Shown one piece after another: positions 41,578 to 52,452 of a stretch of DNA of 64,000 bases. Below the pieces are notes generated by a model. It worked only from the letters and a program-made list of their open reading frames with translations. It was not told the DNA's origin and did not search any database. Numbering within the stretch: position 1 is the first letter of the stretch; every line of letters begins with the position of its first letter. Location of the stretch: contig NC_134025.1 in the NCBI RefSeq assembly GCF_964204645.1, positions 22,300,299 through 22,364,298 on the forward strand, read 5' to 3'. This stretch comes from Tubulanus polymorphus. Lineage: Eukaryota; Animalia; Nemertea. Both the position numbers and the translations under genes were made by a program.

Positions 41578-41940
41578 CTAAAATATTAATCCATTTTTTT
41601 TTATTGTCAATTTTGGAATATCAGAATTATTTTCATTTTTGATAGCAGTTGTTTCAGAATTATTAATATCATGAATTTTATTTGATTTCTTATACCAATT
41701 ACACCCAATCAAAATGAATACAATTACAAATCCAACTGTAAAATATAGACATTTATCAAATATTCTATCATTAGAAGGAGTAGAAATAACAATATTTTCA
41801 CCATTTTTATTAACATTTTTATTACTTATTTTTTCTTTTACAGCTTTTTTATATTCTTGTGATTTAATTCCTAATTGTCGAGACCATTCAATTTGTTTCT
41901 GTAATCTCGGTTTTTTCTTCACTTCTTCCACCTTGTTCAT
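41578..41940 (-). CDS. Polinton hypothetical single-pass membrane protein (120 aa)
   Basis: TAAATG start; hydrophobic segment CLYFTVGFVIVFILIGC. Confidence 0.6.
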   Translation of the reverse strand: MNKVEEVKKKPRLQKQIEWSRQLGIKSQEYKKAVKEKISNKNVNKNGENIVISTPSNDRIFDKCLYFTVGFVIVFILIGCNWYKKSNKIHDINNSETTAIKNENNSDIPKLTIKKNGLIF

Positions 41941-42478
41941 TTATTATAGAAATATTTTTACTTTCAATATTTGAAAATGTTATAACCCCAGTTGATAATA
42001 ATGTCATTAATCCACCTAATTGAAATGATAAATATCCAATCCATTTATTTAATTCAGTCATAACTAAATAATCATTTTTTAAATCGGAATATAATCTATT
42101 TTCATCTTGAATTGGCAGCATATAATTACATAATTTACTATAACCTTTTACTACATTTTCTGATATCGCGTCATTAATTCTAGCTGTTCTCGCGGCTTCA
42201 TAAGTCTTAAATAATCTAATAATTTCATCTGATTTCATTGTATCTAATTCATTATAAGTTAAATTTTTACCGACAAAATTTTTACATTTTCCAGATGCTA
42301 TTAATATTTCTAATTGATGTTTACAATAAAGATAATATTCATAATTATTATTTGTTGTAACATTATTTAAAGCACCATCATCTGGAGTTAATTTTGTTTC
42401 TGTTATTCCTAAATCATCTAAAGTTTTTTCAATTGGAACATCACCATTTTTAGATTTTATTTTCTTTTCACCTCCCAT
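41888..42478 (-). CDS. Polinton hypothetical protein (196 aa)
   Basis: TAAATG start; helical protein with a C-terminal hydrophobic segment. From memory it resembles an accessory family of invertebrate Mavericks (unverified). Confidence 0.65.
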   Translation of the reverse strand: MGGEKKIKSKNGDVPIEKTLDDLGITETKLTPDDGALNNVTTNNNYEYYLYCKHQLEILIASGKCKNFVGKNLTYNELDTMKSDEIIRLFKTYEAARTARINDAISENVVKGYSKLCNYMLPIQDENRLYSDLKNDYLVMTELNKWIGYLSFQLGGLMTLLSTGVITFSNIESKNISIINEQGGRSEEKTEITETN

Positions 42479-42509
42479 TTATAAAACAAATAAATTAGTT
42501 GTGTTGTTG

Positions 42510-42782
42510 CAACTAGAATTCAACTAGAATGTAACTAGAATTCAACTAGATTAACAAGCTAGTTGAAATATTGTTGTTTTTGTTTATTTCTTGTTAAATG
42601 TAGTTGATTTTTGTTCCAACTACTAACAACTAGAATTCAACTAGAATGTAACTAGAATTAAACTAGATTAACAAGCTAGTTAAAATATTGTTAAATCTAG
42701 TTGATTTTTGTTCCAACTACTAATAACTAGAATTCAACTAGAATGTTACTAGAATTCAACTAGATTAACAAGCTAGTTGAAT
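42510..42782. repeat. Internal Polinton repeat array: three ~60-bp units built from 11-bp AACTAGAATTC-like subunits
   Basis: AACTAGAATTCAACTAGAATGT(A/T)ACTAGAATT(C/A)AACTAGATTAACAAGCTAGTT at ~42511, ~42627 and ~42725. Confidence 0.85.
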
Positions 42783-43391
42783 TTAAATAAATTCATATTT
42801 AAATGGGTGTTGTAATCTAAATAGTAATTTTGATCTTTTAATATTTTTCAACTTATCCATATATTCATTATGTAAATCATGCGGAATAATATCATTTTCC
42901 TCAAGCGCATTTTTCATAGATTTTCTATCTTTATTGTAGAATAAAACTAAAAATCTAATGTTTTCTCTAAAATCTTTAACAATTGAATTATATTTTTGAT
43001 TTAAAACCCATGTTGTTATCCCGAAATGTCTACCAGAAAAAGCTAAATAACATAACTCACTCTCTCTAATTTTTGAATCATGTAAATTTGCGCAATCATC
43101 TATAATGAATAATGTATTTGATCCTTTATAAATATCAATTGCTATTTTAATACAATTATCTAAATTTTCTTTTACGGTTTTAGGATCTAATATAATAAAT
43201 TTATTATTTCTAGTAATATTTCTATCATAAGTTTGATTAAATTCATATGTTGGACAAAATAATACTATATTATCAAAATAGTTTTTATAAACAGTTTCTA
43301 ATAAATTTAATATAAAATAAGTTTTTCCACAATTTGTTACGCCAGAAATTAACATATTATGAGGCTCAAATATAAATAATTCCTTATTCAT
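42783..43391 (-). CDS. A32/FtsK-like genome packaging ATPase
   Basis: Walker A GVTNCGKT, Walker B LFIIDD, SGRH arginine motif, LNQ motif. Confidence 0.92.
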   Translation of the reverse strand: MNKELFIFEPHNMLISGVTNCGKTYFILNLLETVYKNYFDNIVLFCPTYEFNQTYDRNITRNNKFIILDPKTVKENLDNCIKIAIDIYKGSNTLFIIDDCANLHDSKIRESELCYLAFSGRHFGITTWVLNQKYNSIVKDFRENIRFLVLFYNKDRKSMKNALEENDIIPHDLHNEYMDKLKNIKRSKLLFRLQHPFKYEFI

Positions 43392-44515
43392 TTATATATT
43401 TTTAATTTTACTTGATAATATCCATTCATTGAATTTATCTGGCCATCCAACCCATTTTACTAAAGAATATTTTTTTCTTTTAATAGTTTTTGTTTTTAAT
43501 ACTTTTTCAATTTTATATTCTTGTTCTAGATTTTCAGTAGTTAAACTTCTTCTTCGTAGAAGTAGCCATCAACTTCTTCACCATCTAAATCTTCTAATTT
43601 ATAGACATATGGTTTTGTTGTTATTACCTTTTTTATTTTATATATTTCCCTAGTAAAATTTCGATCGTATCCTTTGTCAAATATCTTTTTATACTTAGAA
43701 ATTCTAACATTTTGACCAACTTTAAATTTAGGTTCACCAAAATCATCTACAAGAAATGCTCCATATAAATTATTCCAAACAATTTCAGCATTCTCAGGTT
43801 TTCTAGCATCAATAGGTTTCATTCCAATAGAAGAATGATAAGAATTATTATATCCTTCTATCAATTTTGGTAAAACATCAATCCATTTAAAAGTATTATT
43901 TGCTGTAAAATATTTCCACATTCTTGTTCTTAATGTTCTATTAAATCGTTCAACAACTGCTGCTTTTTTATCCGATTTTGTTGAAAAATATTTAATATTA
44001 TGATTGTCTAAGAGTTCATGAACAAGTGAATTATCAAATTCTTTTCCATCATCAAATTGTATTTTTTCTGGTTTTAGTTTATCATCCGAAAGAAATTTTC
44101 TTAAAACATTTGATGTTTGTACAGCATCTTTTCTATAAAGTGGGAAACTCCATACATAACGACTAAAAATATCAATTATATTCAATAACCACCAATAATC
44201 ATCATTATCTTTCTTAACATTTTTCATATCAATTAAATCTCCTTGCCACTGTTGATCTACATAACTTACCATAGTTTTACGAGTTTTATATTTTCTAACA
44301 ATTTTTTTATGTGTTGTGTATGTTGGTTGTTCTAACATAAATTCATTTATATCTTTATATTTAACTAAATTTTGTGGGATTATCTTATCTAATTTATCTT
44401 GTTTTACTTGACGCCATATATTTTTAGTAGAAGAATAAGCAACCGAACTCTCAGGGTTGTAATATAAATTTCTTAAATATTGTTCTTTAGTATTAGGAGT
44501 TTTTTTACCACCCAT
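43392..44515 (-). CDS. Retroviral-type (rve/c-) integrase with a C-terminal chromodomain split off by a frameshift
   Basis: WQGDLIDM, IIDIFSRY, IQFDDGKEF, VVERFNRTL (DDE) and YFYEEE. In another frame, 43543-43392 encodes YKIEKVLK...LVKWVGWPDKFNEWI (chromodomain). Confidence 0.92.
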
Positions 44516-44545
44516 TTATATATCGTTAATTTTAACTTTATATTT

Positions 44546-45815
44546 CTAATATTGAATACTATCTAATTGTGAATTTACAATATTTAATTGTGCATCGGAT
44601 ATAATATAAATGTGCATTTTGAAATTTTTGTCTCCTCTTTTCTTTGTCATGAATAATTGTATTCCATCTTTAGTGTTCTGTAGTTTTTTTCCAGAACCAT
44701 GTAATGAATTATCCTCTGTTGTTCTAAAATCTAACCATAATGCATATTTATTGCCGGTATAATAATCAATTTGATTAATATTACAATTTTCAAATGATTT
44801 TACTTTTTCATTCATAAAATGTTTTCTAATTTCTGGCCATTGATCTATCATTCTCATTCCTTGACAAAATATTTTATTTGCTATTCCTTCGATAGTTATT
44901 TCTACTTTTGTTATTTCAGGATTATAATAATTATCAACCTTTATTGCGCCATTAGAATATGTTGCAATGGTAAAAAATATTAATATACCTTTAATAGATC
45001 TTCTTGGGAAGTTAATATTCTCATTAATTATTTCATCATTTGCATTAATAGTTACAGTTTTAAATTTATCAATATAATCATATAATAATGAAAATCCTTG
45101 ATTGTATTGAGTTTGAATTGTGCTAGCAATATTTTCATTAGTTACTGTGTCATATTCTAAACATATATTCGATAATTTATAACCCATATCTTTAACAACG
45201 CTAGATAATACAATTTCATTCACAGGAGCAAATGTTATCTCAAATATAATATCTTCTTGAATTGCGTATTTATATAAATTTGCATTATTATTTATCAATT
45301 CAAAGTCTAATGGAATTTTATATTTGCTTCCATAAATCTTTTTAATCAAATTATCTGTGGCACGAGTTACTATTGCGTCATTAACTCCTGATCTTAATTT
45401 ATTATGGTTTTCCGATTGAATGCCCTGAAATATCATATTATTTCTATTTTCTTTAGTTAACCATAAATCTTTATAATGCATAAATAAATTATAATCATCT
45501 AATGAGAAAACTGTTTCTGGACCAATCTTTATAGTTAACTTTTTAATCAAATATCTTCCAACATTATCAACAACATAATTATTATCATGACCAATTACTT
45601 TTATATCAGCTGATAAATAAATACTATTTGGAACATAAAAAGTATTTTATGTATATATAAAGTATGTTATATAGATATTATGTATATATTTTATATAAAG
45701 TTTCATCGGGATTAATATTTGAAGGATTATGAGTAATTATATGATGTGATCTTTCTGCTTTAATAGCATTAGATATTCTAGAAATCTTAGAAAGACTTAT
45801 ATAACTCCCACTCAT
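44546..45815 (-). CDS. Major capsid protein (double jelly-roll type); 5' part disrupted
   Basis: ORF 44546-45550 plus an upstream segment from TAAATG at 45815 (HIITHNPSNINP...), interrupted by an AT-rich low-complexity patch at ~45645-45700. Beta-rich, with ALWLDFRTTEDNSLHGSG. Size and position fit a Maverick MCP. Confidence 0.7.
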
Positions 45816-45835
45816 TTATTTAACAAAAAAATTAA

Positions 45836-47296
45836 TTATTTATTTTTTATTATTTTTTCTTGATATCTTTTTGATATCATATTCACTAACCCAAAAATAA
45901 TAGCACTTTCAACTGTAATTAAAAATAAAATAATATGTTCAGCAGCAAAGTTAAGAATATTCCCAGCAGATTTCAATATAAAACCAACAATTGATGCAAT
46001 AAATCCTGGTAATGCTGCAGCAGATTTTTTAGATAGTTCCCATAAATATTTTGCTAATTTCTTTAAACCATCCTTAACTTTATCTTGTATAGAATTATTA
46101 TCATTCGGGGGTTTATCTGGTTTATTGGGAGTAGGAGTAGATTTTAAAGCATTTGATATTGCTAAACCAATTGTTGTAAATAACATAGTTACAGCTGTTA
46201 GAATTGAAAGAATTGTTATTCCTTCTAATTTGAATAATAACTTTATTCTATCTTTCAATGATACTTCAGAATTTGGTTTTATCAATAAATCTTTAAAAAT
46301 AACTTTTAATCTATTAATATTATAATCATATAATTTTAATAATAATTTAATTTCTTCTTTTTGTAATTCTATGTTATATTCTAAATCATCTTTTTCTTTT
46401 TCTAAACGTAATTCTTTTTGCCTATATTCTATTTCATCAATTATTTGATGATCTAAATCAGACTTTAATTGTTCTATTTCTTTATTTTTATCAGTTAATT
46501 CTTTTTCTAAAGTTCTAATTTTAAAATCTCTTATACTTTTATCATGCGCAATTTTATCAGATGCATGTCTTATACTTTCAATTTCTCTAATTGCTTTATC
46601 AGAAAATATATCTAAATCTTCTAGTTGTTGATCTGTTGCATCAATTAATCCATTCGGTAAAAGTTTTTCAATTGGAACTTTATTTGATTTAAGTTTACTA
46701 GTTTTGGAAGTTATATTCTGTTCAGAAGTTGTTTCTGTTTCTGATTTCTTTTTGATTATTTCAAATAATTCATTAATTCTTTGTTTAAATACGTCTATAT
46801 TATCATCTATTTCTTTTTGTGTAACATCAGTTATTTCATTACTATTACTTATTATTTTAATTCTATCTGGTTTTAAATTTTTCAAAGTTGATTCCGCTAA
46901 TATTTTTTTTTAATTATTTTTATAAGTGATATCAATATAATAATCACCTTTCAGATTATAATAACATTTACCATTATCTAAAAATCTTAATTTATCTACT
47001 AAAGGTCCAACGTCTTCATCATTTATGTTAAGTTTAGATTTTTCAATTATATCTTCTAATTTAGCTACTTTGTTTAAATTATTTAAATCTTTTTTTACTA
47101 AACCTGGGTCTAAATTTTCAGGATTTAATTGTGATTCTGCATTTTTAATATAATCAGGCATATTTAAATTATTATTATATCCTGGATCATTACCGTCATT
47201 AAAACTTGTTTCACTAAAATCAGGTTGTTGTTCATCAGTTATGCCAGGTTCATTAAAAAGATCCATTCCAATATCTTCTCCACCTTCTACATCCAT
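45836..47296 (-). CDS. Coiled-coil + C-terminal membrane protein (adintovirus 'GasderminX'-like); one in-frame stop at 46910-46912
   Basis: ORFs 46910-47296 and 45836-46885 are in the same frame. Long coiled coil, then LKDRIKLLFKLEGITILSILTA...AAALPGFIASIVGFIL hydrophobic helices. Confidence 0.6.
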
Positions 47297-47312
47297 TTAT
47301 ATAATAAAAAAA

Positions 47313-48639
47313 TTAAAATTTAAAATATAACATTCCTCCTATAACAATTCCTATACAAGTTAAAGCTAATTTAGTATTTTCATGTAATTTATTATCATTA
47401 TCAGTTTTAATTATATCATGTTGAATATTATCAGTTTTAATATTTTCTGTAGTATTGTAATCTTTTATTTTGGAATCATTATCCAATTTAATATTCTTAG
47501 TTTTAGTTTCTGTTGATTGAATGTGTTTTTTATTTTTTTCACCTTCCATTAATTTTGGAGCAGTAATAATCTTTTTATTTATATCATTTAATCCAATTGA
47601 ATTATTTATTGTTGCAGTTTTAATTAGATTATTATAACCAATTATATTTCCCATCTTTAATACTAAATCATTAGAAATAATTAATAGATTAGGGCCTATA
47701 CAATAATTTAGTCTTACATGAGATTTATCTAAATAATTTTGATATCTTACAATGTTTTCCGGAATCGATCTATTTTTATCATTATGAATGGAATCTTCAA
47801 ATAATACTTTGAATTGTTTCTGCGCATCGAATGAAGTGTTATCATTTCCAATTATTGGGGATCTTGTTTCAACTTGCGCACCTAAAATACATATCAAATA
47901 AGTTCTAATAGATTGATTTATTCTTTGTATTCCAGCTTTAGTAAAACCTTCACTATTTTCTAAAATGAAATTAACCCAACCATTATTGTTTTGTTGTTGT
48001 ATATTATTATAATATTTTGGTAATTCATTCCAATTTAGTGTTCTTATATCTGAATTTGTCATTATTTTTCCAAATTCTTTAGTATATAATATTCCTAATC
48101 CACCCATTGTTCCAATTTTTGCTCTAAAATCTTTATTTGAATTAATATTAAATTCATTACATATTTTATAAAACTTAGAAAAATTAATATTATTATTCAA
48201 TTCTTTAAAATATTTTGAACCTGGTAAAGGACATTCTAATTCATCTAATATTAATTTTATTTGAAAATATGTATGAAATCTAAAAAGTTATAACATCAAT
48301 GGTAAACTTGGTTTGTTTAAATGAGATCATTTCACTAATTCCACATCCTGTTGTTGCACAATAAACAGCAAAATTTAATTGGTTCTGCCAATACTTCATA
48401 TTAGATTTCAATAACCATTGTTTTGCCTCATTTAAATTTTTGAAATTAATTGTATACACATGAAATATATTTTCCATCTTTACATGAAAATTATTACTTT
48501 CAGTAACATAAATATATAAATCATTTAATGAATTTAAAACTTCATTTCTATATGTAATATCTTTATTAAAATCTAATGCAGGAATATTATATTTAATTGA
48601 TTTATTATATTGGAAAGCTTTTGGAAAACTATCTACCAT
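47313..48639 (-). CDS. Polinton protein of unknown function, frameshifted near 48280-48320
   Basis: TAAATG start at 48639. WQNQLNFAVYCATTGCGIS, then in another frame HTYFQIKLILDELECPLPG...GFTKAGIQRINQSIRTYLICILGAQVETRS; C-terminal TM segment. Confidence 0.65.
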
Positions 48640-48656
48640 TTATATAATAAAAAAAT

Positions 48657-49090
48657 TAATAATTTATTAATTCTTTTAATAATTTATCTTGTTCTTCAAC
48701 TGTTATATGGCCATTTAAACTTATTATATAATCTAGTGTATTCTTTAATTTATTAATTTCTTTTATATTAGTTTTAATTTTTTCTTTATTACTTTTTATA
48801 TTCAATTTTGAACTTATACCAGTTAAAACACTTGAACTTAATCCTAATACGCCAATTGATATAGCTAAAGGTGTTAATGGGCTGAATATTGCTAGAAATG
48901 TTATTACAGAACTAATTAAAACCGAACCACTAATAATAAGATAATATATAATTTTACTTTTTAAATATTTTTACTTTTTTACTTTTAAGTCACTTTCAAA
49001 TTCTAATATTTGTTTTTCTAAATATATTTTTAATTTAGTTTCACTGATATCATGAGGAATAATATCAATATTATCAACTTTATCTTCCAT
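48657..49090 (-). pseudogene. Small Polinton membrane-protein gene, frameshifted
   Basis: TAAATG start at 49090 (MEDKVDNIDIIP...). The hydrophobic ITFLAIFSPLTPLAISIGVLGLSSSVLTG segment is in a shifted frame. Confidence 0.5.
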
Positions 49091-49110
49091 TTATTTAGCG
49101 AAAAAAATTA

Positions 49111-49533
49111 CTAACTAGTAAACTTATACGCCACAAATATAACAATAACAGTTCCACCTAAAATCCATATTATTTCATATTTCTGTTGTTCTTTACTTGG
49201 GGTATAATAATCTGATATTGTAGGTTTATGTAGATGTAATTTTTCTTTATTGGTTACCGCGTTATATAAACTCATTGCATCATCAACTGATTGAAAATCT
49301 CTATGTGAAATCTTCTGATCATATAATTCCTTGTTAATATAATCCATATAGTTTTGCCTCTTTTCTCTATATTCTTCTGCTGCTTTATTATATTTCTCTA
49401 ATGCTAAGTTATGTCTTTTTTGTTCTGATAATGATCCATTTTTATCAATATGTTTAAATAAATAACCACCACCAGTAAATGCTAAAGCGTTAACAATTGC
49501 CGATCCTATAATAGTTATAACTGCAGAAGCCAT
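49111..49533 (-). CDS. Polinton small protein with N- and C-terminal hydrophobic segments (140 aa)
   Basis: TAAATG start; MASAVITIIGSAIVNALAFTGG...EQKRHNLALEK coiled coil. Confidence 0.7.
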   Translation of the reverse strand: MASAVITIIGSAIVNALAFTGGGYLFKHIDKNGSLSEQKRHNLALEKYNKAAEEYREKRQNYMDYINKELYDQKISHRDFQSVDDAMSLYNAVTNKEKLHLHKPTISDYYTPSKEQQKYEIIWILGGTVIVIFVAYKFTS

Positions 49534-49818
49534 TTATTTAGTAAAATAATTATGCATTTATATGGGAGGAATATATTTTTGTTTTTCTAAATAATCAATA
49601 GTTAAATTAGATAAAGTAACTGCTAACGTTAATTTTAAAATATCATTTATATCAAATCTATCAACATTAATTAGAAGCCATTTATTTAGTAAAATAATTA
49701 TGCATTTATATGGGAGGAATATATTTTTGTTTTTCTAAATAATCAATAGTTAAATTAGATAAAGTAACTGCTAACGTTAATTTTAAAATATCATTTATAT
49801 CAAATCTATCAACATTAA
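49525..49818. repeat. 148-bp-period tandem duplication
   Basis: AGAAGCCATTTATTTAG...CAACATTAA at 49525-49670 and again at 49673-49818. Confidence 0.9.
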
Positions 49819-49926
49819 CACTTCCCATTTTAAATACTTTTCTAATACCATTGAATAACCAACAGTTCCAACTGATAGTAATGCTCCATTATATAATCCA
49901 GTTATTATCCACTTATTATCACTCAT

Positions 49927-50283
49927 TTATTGATCAAAAAAATTACTATCATCAAAATATTTAGTTATCTTATTTATGATTAATTCGACATTTATTTCAT
50001 TACTAGTTTCATTTGTATATATTTCAGTTATTATTTTTTTAATATCATCGATGATAAAATCTTTATCTAATTCATAAAATCTTAAAGATTCTCTAATTAA
50101 ATTAGTAATCTTTTCTACATTAAAAGTTTCTTTATCTATTGTTTTTTCATACTCAAATGTTGTTTCATTAGAAAATGCAATATTTTTGATATGTGTAATT
50201 ACATCATTAACGTTACATTTCATTTCTTTCTCACGTTTAAAATCAAATCCAAAACATATGCTCGGCCCAACAGTTATATTCAT
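49927..50283 (-). CDS. Polinton hypothetical protein (118 aa)
   Basis: Clean ORF with a T-run/TAAATG start; its stop abuts the next ATG (TAAATG). Confidence 0.6.
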   Translation of the reverse strand: MNITVGPSICFGFDFKREKEMKCNVNDVITHIKNIAFSNETTFEYEKTIDKETFNVEKITNLIRESLRFYELDKDFIIDDIKKIITEIYTNETSNEINVELIINKITKYFDDSNFFDQ

Positions 50284-50299
50284 TTATATAATGAAAAAA

Positions 50300-51088
50300 T
50301 TACTCTCTACATCTTATAACTAATTCATATATCACAGGAAAGTTATTCAAATCAATTAAATAACCATTATGATTTCTTATTTCTAATTCAAAATTATTGA
50401 AATGTGGAATACAAGGTTTAAAATCACATTCAGCTAAATTATAATTTATTTGCGTTCCAAATTGTTTAACATTTTTTAATGGTAAAATATTTAATATACT
50501 AGAATTACAAATTGTATCTTTAGTTGCTTCAAATGTTTTTGTAGGATTGATTAAATTGCAATAAATATAAAAATGTGTAAAAGTCATTAAATTTGTATAA
50601 GTTTCGATACTTGAATAATCTCTATCCGGGAGAATTCCAAACAGTTTAGCTAAAGGTTTTCTTACTAGAAATCTATGTTGTTCATTAGTTAACTTTATTC
50701 TTATTTTATTCGAACTATCACTTTTGATAAATTTAATTTCAAATCTAGCAGCTGCGCCCATTTTTAAACGAGCTCTTCTATTAATTTCTTGCGCTAATGT
50801 TTCTAAATTATATAATCCTGGTTTTAGATAAAGATGAAACCATTTATTCAAATTTCTAACATGAATTTTAAAAGCTAAATGATCAAGACTTTTATTCGAT
50901 ATATTATGAAAAGAATTACATAAACTTATATTAACTAATTTTAAATCAACACAATTCTTAAATTCTCTATCTAATTGAACTAGTAAATTATGAGATTTAT
51001 AATTTGTAAGTCTTCTAGAATCAACAAATATTCTGTATTCTTTTAATTCTACCATTATTAATAACATAAAAAAATTACCGCTCATCAC
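50300..51088 (-). CDS. Probable minor capsid (penton, single jelly-roll) protein
   Basis: Beta-rich ~250 aa, with PGLYNLETL, FYIYCNLI and the C-terminal ELEIRNHNGYLIDLNNFPVIYELVIR pattern typical of Polinton minor capsid proteins. The likely start is MVELKEY (51054). Confidence 0.65.
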   Translation of the reverse strand: MMSGNFFMLLIMVELKEYRIFVDSRRLTNYKSHNLLVQLDREFKNCVDLKLVNISLCNSFHNISNKSLDHLAFKIHVRNLNKWFHLYLKPGLYNLETLAQEINRRARLKMGAAARFEIKFIKSDSSNKIRIKLTNEQHRFLVRKPLAKLFGILPDRDYSSIETYTNLMTFTHFYIYCNLINPTKTFEATKDTICNSSILNILPLKNVKQFGTQINYNLAECDFKPCIPHFNNFELEIRNHNGYLIDLNNFPVIYELVIRCRE

Positions 51089-51123
51089 TAAAAATTAATT
51101 TTAATAAAATTTTTCCTAAATAA

Positions 51124-52452
51124 ATGGATGAGAAGATAGCATGCGAAATTTGTGGTGAACTTCTAAGAAAAAGTAATATGGCTCGACATATGAAAAAACA
51201 TGATGAAAATTATAAACCCCCTAAACTAAACTGTCCAAAATGTAATAAATTATTCTCAAGAAATTATGTTAAAAAACATTCAGAGAAGTGTAAAATTAAT
51301 GGCGCAACGGCTAATGTTGATAGTAATGAAAGTAATAGTAATTCTGTTGAAGTTGAACCTGAAATTATTTGGAAAAGACCTTTCTTATTCTATGATAAGG
51401 ATAATATAAAAGATCATTTCTGCGAGCCTTGTCGAATAAAATATAGCCCTGAAAATATAGAAGATTGGGAGAATCATCAATTTCGTAAAGCACATATAGA
51501 TAAAATTTCTAATAAATTTGAAACTGAATTCAATGAAAGAAAAAATAATATATTAGAAAAAATAAAATGTGAGAAAACGTTACCAGATAATAAAGAAACA
51601 GTTGAAAAGTTAGAAAAACAATATAATGAATTAACAAGAAAAACATATTATTGTAAATATTGTAAATTGATTATTACAACAAGTAATTCAAATCTACATA
51701 ATAGAACAATAAAACATAAAGAAAACGTAAGAAAATACCAAGAGCTTAATGAAGATCTATTACCAAGAAATTATGAACCAAAATTCCCACAATGTAGTTA
51801 TGCGACCTTAAGGCAAGAAGGTACTGTGTTATTTTGTGTTGATTGTGGATGGCAAAAGAATTTATGGGGTGAAGAAAAAACTAGAAATTTTCTCATAGAT
51901 CCAAAATTAAATTATCTAGATGAAATTTTTAAAGTATTTTCTATAGAAGATCATACACCAGAATATATGCAATGGCTTGAAAAAATGAAAATAATAGAAA
52001 ATAAAAATGGTGAAATAACTAAAAAAGATATTATAAAAACAATTATTCCGTCAACTATTAACACAAAACAAAAGAAAATGTATTTATATTTATTATTTAA
52101 CGATTATTATGAAAAACCTAAATTAACAGAAGAAGATATGGAAAATATAAAAAAAATATTTAAACAAATATTAATGTATCATTTGGAAAATAGAATAACA
52201 GATTCAATAAATTATGAATTCTTTTTAAATAAGATTGTAAATTATTCAAACATCGATATTATAATTCCATTTGATGAATTAACGAACAAAAAGAAACAAA
52301 GAGAGCGAGATGAAATGTGGTACAAGGTAGAACTATATTTAAATGAGAAAAATGAAATGGAAGAACCTAAACAAATTATACAAGAACAATTAAATGAAAA
52401 TGAAGAAGCCAATAGTGATTTCGAGTATGATGATATTGATTTTATGTTTTAA
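51124..52452 (+). CDS. Polinton multi-zinc-finger protein (442 aa)
   Basis: CEICG...HMKKH, CPKC...HSEKC, CEPC...H...H, CKYC...HNRTIKH and CVDC; acidic tail; TAAATG start. Confidence 0.8.
   Translation: MDEKIACEICGELLRKSNMARHMKKHDENYKPPKLNCPKCNKLFSRNYVKKHSEKCKINGATANVDSNESNSNSVEVEPEIIWKRPFLFYDKDNIKDHFCEPCRIKYSPENIEDWENHQFRKAHIDKISNKFETEFNERKNNILEKIKCEKTLPDNKETVEKLEKQYNELTRKTYYCKYCKLIITTSNSNLHNRTIKHKENVRKYQELNEDLLPRNYEPKFPQCSYATLRQEGTVLFCVDCGWQKNLWGEEKTRNFLIDPKLNYLDEIFKVFSIEDHTPEYMQWLEKMKIIENKNGEITKKDIIKTIIPSTINTKQKKMYLYLLFNDYYEKPKLTEEDMENIKKIFKQILMYHLENRITDSINYEFFLNKIVNYSNIDIIIPFDELTNKKKQRERDEMWYKVELYLNEKNEMEEPKQIIQEQLNENEEANSDFEYDDIDFMF

Noticed and set aside
42510-42782. Possible CRISPR-like array
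   Set aside because: The segments between units are related to one another rather than unique spacers; there are no cas genes, and the context is eukaryotic/viral.
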